From contig CAVUKA010000001.1 of NCBI GenBank assembly GCA_963741945.1, positions 960,001 through 1,024,000 of the forward strand: DNA of 64,000 nt, in the 5' to 3' direction. The notes under the pieces are model-generated. The model ran no database searches, had not been told where the DNA came from, and saw only the letters and a list, made by a program, of their open reading frames with translations. The number at the start of each line of letters is the position of its first letter. Position 1 is the first letter of the stretch. This DNA comes from an uncultured Gemmatimonadales bacterium. Lineage in GTDB: Bacteria > Gemmatimonadota > Gemmatimonadetes > Longimicrobiales > RSA9. The position numbers and the translations under genes were made by a program. Below are positions 57,596-64,000 of this stretch, one piece after another.

Positions 57596-58783
57596 TCATC
57601 CGCCCGGAAATCCTGTTGCGAGTGCCGCCGGCGCCGCCGCCGACACGTCGATCCACGAGCGGGCGGCCAGGGGCCGGATGCGCAGCGCGGCATCGAAGGC
57701 GCGGTCGACGCGGCATTTCGAGTACTGGACCATCGAGTTGCCGACGGTCGTGCTCTCATCGATGAGTTCCGCACCGTTGTGCACGATGGCAGTGCCGACG
57801 ATCTGGCCGCCCGTCTGCCCCGTGCCCCCCATCCACAGCTTCCCGGTGACCACCACCACGCCGAAGAACTGCATGTTGCCGGCGAGGTCGAGGTCGCCAT
57901 CCACGATCAGGATACCCTGGCCCACACCGCCCGTGATCTTCACATCGTCCTTCGCATAGATGATCGGGAAGCGGTTCCCGCAAACGCCTCCGTCGAGCGG
58001 GTCTCCCCAGTTGAGGCTGTCGGCAGTGTTGCATTCGCCCGCCGCCCCGGTGCTCGGGTCGGGACTCTGGCTGGCCGGAATCCCGTGCTCGAAGACGATG
58101 TCGGCCATCTCCGTCAGGTCGGCGAGCGTGAGCGTGCCGAAAGTGCTGAGGGTCTCCACGTCGAGCGACGGATCTTCCTGGATCGGTGGATCGCCGTTCA
58201 GGTTCGCGGTGGCCTCGATGAGGTCGGGTCGGTTCGTGGTGATCCCGGGCACACCGGCTCCAATGGGCGGGCATCCCGGCTCCGGCTGCTCGAAGCCGTC
58301 GATCTCCGTGGCGTTCCCGTGCATGGTCAGACCGCCGAAGATCGAGAGCGCGCTCTGGCGCGGCAGCTCGGCCCTGGCCGTGCGCACGATACTCGCGACC
58401 TCACGGCTGGCGTTGTCTCTACCCGCGCTCACGGTGCCCGTGGACGTCACCAGGAAGAGGCGCTCGCCCACGCTGCGCGCTTCGATGTCGTAATGCCCGA
58501 GAACCTGGCCGGTGCTCGTGGTCACGTCCGCGCCACCCCAGTCCTCGGGGGCGACCACACCGTTGAAATCGGCAGTGCGCCCGGACGCGAGGATCTGGTC
58601 GAGCCCGTACTCGGCCACGTAGAAGGCCTGCGCCCCCAGCTCGGTGCTCATGCTCACGCGGGCCTCCTGCGACGACGCGTAGAAGCCGCCCGTCACGATG
58701 GCGCCGATGATGATCATGGCGAGCAGCGCCACAGGCAGGGCGAAGCCGTCCCTGGATCCGGAAGCCGGCATCATGATTCGCAT
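57596..58783 (-). CDS. PilX-like minor pilin with large C-terminal domain (set 1)
   Basis: G/FALPVALL leader without Glu5; QAFYVAEYG. Confidence 0.8.
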   Translation of the reverse strand: MRIMMPASGSRDGFALPVALLAMIIIGAIVTGGFYASSQEARVSMSTELGAQAFYVAEYGLDQILASGRTADFNGVVAPEDWGGADVTTSTGQVLGHYDIEARSVGERLFLVTSTGTVSAGRDNASREVASIVRTARAELPRQSALSIFGGLTMHGNATEIDGFEQPEPGCPPIGAGVPGITTNRPDLIEATANLNGDPPIQEDPSLDVETLSTFGTLTLADLTEMADIVFEHGIPASQSPDPSTGAAGECNTADSLNWGDPLDGGVCGNRFPIIYAKDDVKITGGVGQGILIVDGDLDLAGNMQFFGVVVVTGKLWMGGTGQTGGQIVGTAIVHNGAELIDESTTVGNSMVQYSKCRVDRAFDAALRIRPLAARSWIDVSAAAPAALATGFPGG

Positions 58784-58791
58784 GGCCTCGG

Positions 58792-59625
58792 TCAGTTGCT
58801 CCGGAAGAAGAGGTTGGTGGTCAGCGACTGCGGGTCTACCGCCGGGTCGTTGCCCAGGATCTGGGTGCGGATCCGCATGCGCGTGATCTGGTCGGGCACA
58901 CTGGTGGCGTTCCCGGCCGCGTCGTAGTAGTCGAAGCGCAGCCCGTCCGGGGGCGGAGCCAGGCCGCCGACCAGGAAGTCGACGCTGTCCGCGCCGGCGA
59001 AGCGCCGCCCGAGTCCCCAGCCGCGGGGCGCAGCGAACTGCCGGATCCCGTACATGACCCACTCGAAGGACCGGACGGGCGAGAAGAGCCGCACGTTGGC
59101 GAGCGCACCAGGTCCGACGTGTACCGTCTGGACCGGGAGACCGGGGAATCGCGTGGCGCACGCTGTGCTCGCGTCCGAGCTGGCGTCCACGACGTTGGAC
59201 GCGATCCAGGCGTCGTCATCCGAGCGGAGGCTGTCTCCGTCGACGAAAATGAGGACGCTGTCCGGGTGGCTCCCGCCGACGAACGCGTCGCCCATGACGG
59301 CCAGCGTCACCTTGTTGTCTCCCGGCGAGGTGGCGCACACGAATCCGAGCTTGCGCTGCGCCCGGAACACCACCGAGTCCGGCGCCGCCGCGCGGATGTC
59401 CGCACCACCGATGTTCGCCTGCGTGGTGCTCACTTCGCGCAGTTCGGACTCCAGGATGCCGAGAGCGGTGCGCATGCTCTCCTGCCCACGGATGACGGCG
59501 CTGCCCGTGCGGTAGCTCATCTCCTGGACATTGAGGGCCTGGTACACGGATCCGAGCACGACGGCGAGGAGCACCGCCACGATCATCATCTCGATGAGGG
59601 TGAAGCCGTCTCGCCGCGCGTTCAT
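58792..59625 (-). CDS. PilW-like minor pilin (set 1)
   Basis: RRDG/FTLIEMMI, ..SELR. Confidence 0.85.
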   Translation of the reverse strand: MNARRDGFTLIEMMIVAVLLAVVLGSVYQALNVQEMSYRTGSAVIRGQESMRTALGILESELREVSTTQANIGGADIRAAAPDSVVFRAQRKLGFVCATSPGDNKVTLAVMGDAFVGGSHPDSVLIFVDGDSLRSDDDAWIASNVVDASSDASTACATRFPGLPVQTVHVGPGALANVRLFSPVRSFEWVMYGIRQFAAPRGWGLGRRFAGADSVDFLVGGLAPPPDGLRFDYYDAAGNATSVPDQITRMRIRTQILGNDPAVDPQSLTTNLFFRSN

Positions 59626-60005
59626 GGCTGTGCAATCGCTATGGCCACGGTCTCCTCCACGTCGGGGAGGAAGCGGCCGGCCTGGTATCCCGGACCGGAG
59701 CTGACCAGCTGGACCCGGAGCAGGTTCCCGGCAGCGGACGTGACCGAACAGCTCACATCGAAGTCGTTCATGTGGAACGTGCTGTCGGCGCAAAGCCCGG
59801 AGATCCCGTTCCATTCGGTACCGCGGATGATCTCGGCGGCCTCCCGCACGGCGGTCATGCGCTCGGTGCGGACCTGCGAGAGGCGGATCTGGCTCATGAT
59901 GTAGCCCGTGGACCCGCCCATGGCGAGAATCCCGACGGAAAGGATCAGGAGCGCCACGAGGAGCTCGATGATGGAGAATCCGGAACGGCAGCGCGGGTCG
60001 CTCAT
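59622..60005 (-). CDS. PilV-like minor pilin (set 1)
   Basis: G/FSIIELLVALLILSVGILA. Confidence 0.85.
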   Translation of the reverse strand: MSDPRCRSGFSIIELLVALLILSVGILAMGGSTGYIMSQIRLSQVRTERMTAVREAAEIIRGTEWNGISGLCADSTFHMNDFDVSCSVTSAAGNLLRVQLVSSGPGYQAGRFLPDVEETVAIAIAQP

Positions 60006-60517
60006 CGCTCCACCCTTCCCGCCGCATTGATCGTGACCCAGAGCGTATCGGATTGCGTCCGGAACCCGAGATCCACCGGCAGCCGACTGCCATCGCCGCA
60101 GCCAGGGATGGCGAAGCCGCGGGCCACGTAGCAGATCCGGAACGGCGCCGGCAGCCCGGACTCCATGAGCAGATCGGCGGGCGCCAGCCCGTGCTTGTAG
60201 TCCAGGACCTCCAGGGTGTCGTGCGCATCCGCGCTCATGACGAACACGGAGTCGCGATACGGCCGGATCATGAGCACCACCGCATCCCCGCGCTGCACGG
60301 CGGCGGCCCGTGCCCGGGCGGCGGCCATGGCGAACGCGTCGCGTGCGTTCACGGCCGTGCGCGCGCTCATGTACTGGTGGAAGCGCGGAAAGGCCATCCC
60401 CGCCAGGGTGCTCGCGATGAGGAGCACGAACAGGAGCTCCACGACGGAGAACCCCGTTCGGCCCCGGGGCCCGGGGCAACGCCGCTCCTGCTGGCTGAGC
60501 TGGGTGCAATGACACAT
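60002..60517 (-). CDS. FimT/FimU-like minor pilin (set 1)
   Basis: G/FSVVELLF..AFP, AR..A..R, C-terminal GRV. Confidence 0.82.
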   Translation of the reverse strand: MCHCTQLSQQERRCPGPRGRTGFSVVELLFVLLIASTLAGMAFPRFHQYMSARTAVNARDAFAMAAARARAAAVQRGDAVVLMIRPYRDSVFVMSADAHDTLEVLDYKHGLAPADLLMESGLPAPFRICYVARGFAIPGCGDGSRLPVDLGFRTQSDTLWVTINAAGRVER

Positions 60518-60721
60518 CCAATGCTGCCTCCGTTGGTCGAGAGCCCGGCCTGGAGAGCAGCCCCATTGAGGCGGTACATCTCGCGACGGGTCCCCACGTT
60601 CGACCGCCGCAACATACGAAGTTCATGCCGGCACCCGATCCTGTGCGCTCGCAACGGTTTCCGCCGATCGCGCGCGCCGTGGAGGGGACCTTTCTGCCCA
60701 CGCCGGGAACTTTTTTCACCC

Positions 60722-61747
60722 TCAGAAGACCGGCACCCACGAGCGGCCCGGCAGGCGGAAAGCCGCGTCCAGCAGAGGCGCTGACGCCGCCTCGGCCCGG
60801 GCGCACGGGTCGAACGAGATCCGTCCCCCGGAGAGCGTCACCGTCCGGGCGCGAACCGCGCCCCGGATCACGGCCCCGGCGGCCACTTCGAGCGCGCCAT
60901 CGACCAGGACCAGGCCATGGAACCGCACGGCGCCGCCGAGCCGGAGGTCGCCGCGAACGGTCAGGATGCCCCGCCCCTCGCCGGTCCACACCTCGAGCGG
61001 GCCCCACCCTTCGACGAGCGGGAGAAGACCGTAGCAGGGGTGAGCAGGCGAGATGGCGCCCCAGTTTCCGGGCCCCGGGATGCAGCCGTCCGCCGCCGCC
61101 GACGGAGCCGGGGCGGCGGTTCCGGGACCGGCAGTGAAGTGCGGGAGCTGGTCGAGCAGGGGCGGAGACAGGGGATCGACCACCGGCAGCTGCGGAACCC
61201 GGTCCGTGTGAGCCGGCTCGCCCGCCACCTCGACGGCAGGGCCCCGGAACAGGAGTGGCCCCGCGACGCCGACTCCGGCCTCCACTCCGCACCCGGGCGC
61301 CACCTCGATGACGCCGTCGATCAGTGTGGCGCCTTCCGTGGTGGTGACCGCGGCGGGGAAAGCATCCATGATGGAATGAGCGTCGAGGGTCCGGACGAGC
61401 GCGGCGGCTCGCCCGGTCGCTGCACCCCTGCCGCCGCCGACGCGGGTGTCGGCGCGAACCAGGAAGAGCGCTCGGTCGAGCCGGCGGACGGTGACCAGGG
61501 CCCCGGCGCCCGGGCCGGGTCCCTGCCGCGCCCCCGGAACGGGCATTCCCTCGAAATCGCGGGTGGACCAGCGCGCGACGGTGGCGCGCACGGCATCTTC
61601 AGCGCGACGCTGCGCCATGGCGGCGCTCGCGGTCCGGGCCGCGATCGTGCGCTCCCTGGCGCCCACGGCCAGCATGGACGCCCCGAGCCCCGCCAGCGCC
61701 ACGAACACGAGGAGCGAGATCACGAGGGCGAAGCCGCCGCGGATCAC
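60722..61747 (-). CDS. PilX-like minor pilin (set 2)
   Basis: G/FALVISLL; C-terminal paralogy to the set-1 PilX-like protein. Confidence 0.75.
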   Translation of the reverse strand: MIRGGFALVISLLVFVALAGLGASMLAVGARERTIAARTASAAMAQRRAEDAVRATVARWSTRDFEGMPVPGARQGPGPGAGALVTVRRLDRALFLVRADTRVGGGRGAATGRAAALVRTLDAHSIMDAFPAAVTTTEGATLIDGVIEVAPGCGVEAGVGVAGPLLFRGPAVEVAGEPAHTDRVPQLPVVDPLSPPLLDQLPHFTAGPGTAAPAPSAAADGCIPGPGNWGAISPAHPCYGLLPLVEGWGPLEVWTGEGRGILTVRGDLRLGGAVRFHGLVLVDGALEVAAGAVIRGAVRARTVTLSGGRISFDPCARAEAASAPLLDAAFRLPGRSWVPVF

Positions 61748-62481
61748 GGGGTCTCCGGATTCAGGCGCGCGATTCGGAGCCGCGCCCGCGGGTGATCCAG
61801 CCGTGGAAGCGACTCCTGCACCATGGAAGCAGCGAGGCGGAAGCTCCGGGGGCCGGCCTGTTCGAGCGTGGCCCCGGCCAGGAGCGATTCCGTGAGCGGC
61901 TGCCGCCCGCCCGCGCCGCGGCGGTACCGCAGCGCGCCACCGGTGACATCATAGACCCCGGTTTCGAACACCAGGGCGAACCCGGCGGGCGTTTGCAGCG
62001 CACGACCGACGCGAATGCGCGTGCCCGGCTCGCCGCACGTCGGGTCCGGCGGACCGACCGCCACGACGTCGACCGCCTCCTCCGTTCCGTCCCCGCGCAC
62101 CAGGAGCAGCGAGTCCTTGGCCGGCTCCGCCAGGCGGACACCGGCGTACGCCACGACGAGCGTGTCCCCGCCGGCGGCGCACGCCGGCCCCCCGCCCCGG
62201 AACGCGCGAACGCGAATGGAGTCCGGAGCGAACGCGCGGACGTCCGCCGGAGCCGCGCTCCGCAGCTCGGAAGAGAGCACCAGGCCCATGATGCGGCTGA
62301 CCTCGTGGGCCCGTGTGCCGTCCGACTGCAGCGCCGCCAGGCGGGACTGCGCCCCGGCGAAGCGCGCGAGTGCGGCCAGCACGAAGGCGAACAGCCAGAA
62401 GACGAGGACCAGCTCCGCCATGGAAGCGGCCCCCGCACGCACCCTCACGGCGCCACCAGCATCGGGCGTGGGGCGGTCCAC
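61744..62481 (-). CDS. PilW-like protein with degenerate prepilin leader (set 2; start uncertain)
   Basis: ASMAELVLV; SELR..D.RA.APDS..RA shared with the set-1 PilW-like protein. Confidence 0.7.
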   Translation of the reverse strand: MDRPTPDAGGAVRVRAGAASMAELVLVFWLFAFVLAALARFAGAQSRLAALQSDGTRAHEVSRIMGLVLSSELRSAAPADVRAFAPDSIRVRAFRGGGPACAAGGDTLVVAYAGVRLAEPAKDSLLLVRGDGTEEAVDVVAVGPPDPTCGEPGTRIRVGRALQTPAGFALVFETGVYDVTGGALRYRRGAGGRQPLTESLLAGATLEQAGPRSFRLAASMVQESLPRLDHPRARLRIARLNPETP

Positions 62482-62801
62482 AGGCCTTCGAGCTCCGCCG
62501 ACACCGCGGGCGCCTCGCGCCTCGCCTCGATGCGAACCACGGCTCCCGCCCCCGCGGGCTCGACCGTCCAGGCCACGAGCACACCCGCCTGTTCGAAGGC
62601 ACCGGATTCCGGCGGGCCGGGCGTGCCCAGGAGAGAGTCCAGCGTGGCTCCGGCCAGCGCGAGCGCCTCCTCCCGCGCCCCCGCGAGCAGCGTCCAGCGT
62701 GCGCCCAGCACGGCAGTCGCCGCGAGCCCGGCGAAGGAAGCGCCGATGAACGTGACCGCCACGATCAGCTCGACCAGGGAATGCCCCGCGCGGGTCACCA
62801 T
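62445..62801 (-). CDS. PilV-like minor pilin (set 2)
   Basis: G/HSLVELIVA. Confidence 0.7.
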   Translation of the reverse strand: MVTRAGHSLVELIVAVTFIGASFAGLAATAVLGARWTLLAGAREEALALAGATLDSLLGTPGPPESGAFEQAGVLVAWTVEPAGAGAVVRIEARREAPAVSAELEGLWTAPRPMLVAP

Positions 62802-63229
62802 CGTCGAACTCTGCCGTAGGCGCTGATCACCGCCCCGCCGCGGGCGCCGCCCCGTCGGAGCGTGACCCGCCGCGACGCCATGCGGCCGATCCCCAGGCCG
62901 TCATATCGGATCCGCACGGGATCCGGAGACCCCACATCGAGGGTGACGCCGTGGCGTGCGTGAAAGTCCAGGGCGGGCCCGGTGGCCCCGTCCTCGAACA
63001 CCATCCAGCCGGTGCCAGCGGCGGGGTCGAGCACGACGGAGGCGCCCCCGTGCGCCACGGCTTCGATCCGGGCAATGGCGAGGGCGCCGATCAGGTCGTC
63101 ACGGGCGGCATGCACGGCGGCGGCGTCGCGCCAGCGCCCCAGGCGCGGGGCCGCCATGGCGAGGAGCGCGCCCGTGAGGGTGAGGACGAGGATCAGCTCG
63201 ATGGACGTGTAGCCGCAGCGTGGTCGCAT
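62795..63229 (-). CDS. FimT-like minor pilin (set 2)
   Basis: G/YTSIELIL..AAP, AR.EA, ISAYGRV. Confidence 0.78.
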   Translation of the reverse strand: MRPRCGYTSIELILVLTLTGALLAMAAPRLGRWRDAAAVHAARDDLIGALAIARIEAVAHGGASVVLDPAAGTGWMVFEDGATGPALDFHARHGVTLDVGSPDPVRIRYDGLGIGRMASRRVTLRRGGARGGAVISAYGRVRRW

Positions 63230-63314
63230 GCGGCAACGGTGTCAGCGGCGTCGGGGCGAAGCCATGGCGCGTGGGGACGAAGTCGCGCCGGCGTCGTCGC
63301 CAGCGGGAAGGTGG

Positions 63315-64000
63315 CTACTCCAGCCCGTAGTCGCGGATCTTGTAGAGGAGGGCGCGGGAGCTGAGCTCCAGCAGATCCGCGGCGCGGGTCCGGTTGCCGC
63401 CCGTACGCTCGAGGGCCTTCTGGATCAGCCGACGCTCGAGCACCGCGCCGTGCTTCTTCACCGAGAGCTCGTCATCGCCGAGCTCCACGTCATCCAGCGG
63501 GCGGACGGGCGACTGCACGTGGTGCGGCAGATCCTTCACTTCGATGCGCGGACCCTCGGCCAGCACCAGGGCGCGCTCGATGATGTTCTCGAGCTCGCGG
63601 ACGTTCCCGGTGAACGCGTAGTCCAGCAGCAGCTTCATGGCCTCGGGCGACACGCCCTCGAGCTCCAGCCCGAGCGCCCGGTTGTACTTGTCCACGAAAT
63701 GCCGGGCCATGAGCGGGATCTCCTCCGGCCGCTGGCGGAGCGGCGGGAGGTGGATCGGCACCACGGCGATCCGGAAATAGAGGTCCTTCCGGAAGTTGCC
63801 CTGCTTGATCTCGTCCTCGAGGTTGCGATTGGTGGCGGAGACGATGCGCGCGTCCACCTTGCGGTTGCGGTTCTCCCCCAGCCGGCGCACTTCGCCCTCC
63901 TGCAGCGTCCGCAGCAGCTTGACCTGGAGCGAGCCGGGCATCTCGCCGATCTCGTCCAGGAAGAGCGTGCCGCCGGTGGCCGCCTCGAAGAGGCCCATCC
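63315..64000 (-). CDS. sigma54-dependent activator (PilR/NtrC-like), 5'-truncated by window edge
   Basis: [34 protein letters not shown]. Confidence 0.9.
   Translation of the reverse strand, partial: MGLFEAATGGTLFLDEIGEMPGSLQVKLLRTLQEGEVRRLGENRNRKVDARIVSATNRNLEDEIKQGNFRKDLYFRIAVVPIHLPPLRQRPEEIPLMARHFVDKYNRALGLELEGVSPEAMKLLLDYAFTGNVRELENIIERALVLAEGPRIEVKDLPHHVQSPVRPLDDVELGDDELSVKKHGAVLERRLIQKALERTGGNRTRAADLLELSSRALLYKIRDYGLE

Noticed and set aside
60651-60667. sigma54 promoter before the set-1 pilins (CGGCGGAAACCGTTGC)
   Set aside because: GG-to-GC spacing is 11, not the required 10.

Overview
A high-GC, almost entirely housekeeping chromosomal segment. Gene content and order suggest a Gemmatimonadota-like diderm, which is inference only. 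In order: the ligA 3' part, a stand-alone V4R gene, ruvX, mltG and thiE; a 23S-5S rRNA unit with no 16S and its own tandem promoters, back-to-back with an RlmI-family methylase; a complete F1Fo ATP synthase operon; a CBS/dehydratase/gamma-CA/glycine-oxidase cluster; pilD and trmH; an M48 protease; thiD; nucleoside salvage genes; dnaK, degP, tRNA-Leu, tig, clpP, clpX and engB; a long minus-strand run (aroC-aroK-topA-trmFO-xerC-hslVU-argF-gcvT-mog-sigma54 activator); pilMNOPQ; two tandem paralogous minor-pilin sets; and the 3' part of a PilR-like activator. No mobile element, CRISPR array or defence system was found. The most notable signals are: (1) a candidate sigma54 proteostasis/envelope regulon, with GG-N10-GC promoters before dnaK, the M48 protease, a BsuPI lipoprotein and an OM barrel, and a pseudo-receiver activator in the same window; (2) the unlinked 23S-5S unit; (3) a Rex-like operator over the atp promoter and a structured atpB-atpE spacer; (4) duplicated minor-pilin cassettes with no pilY1, plus an EF-hand-like loop in PilQ. 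Products and sites were assigned by motif recognition only; no searches were run.
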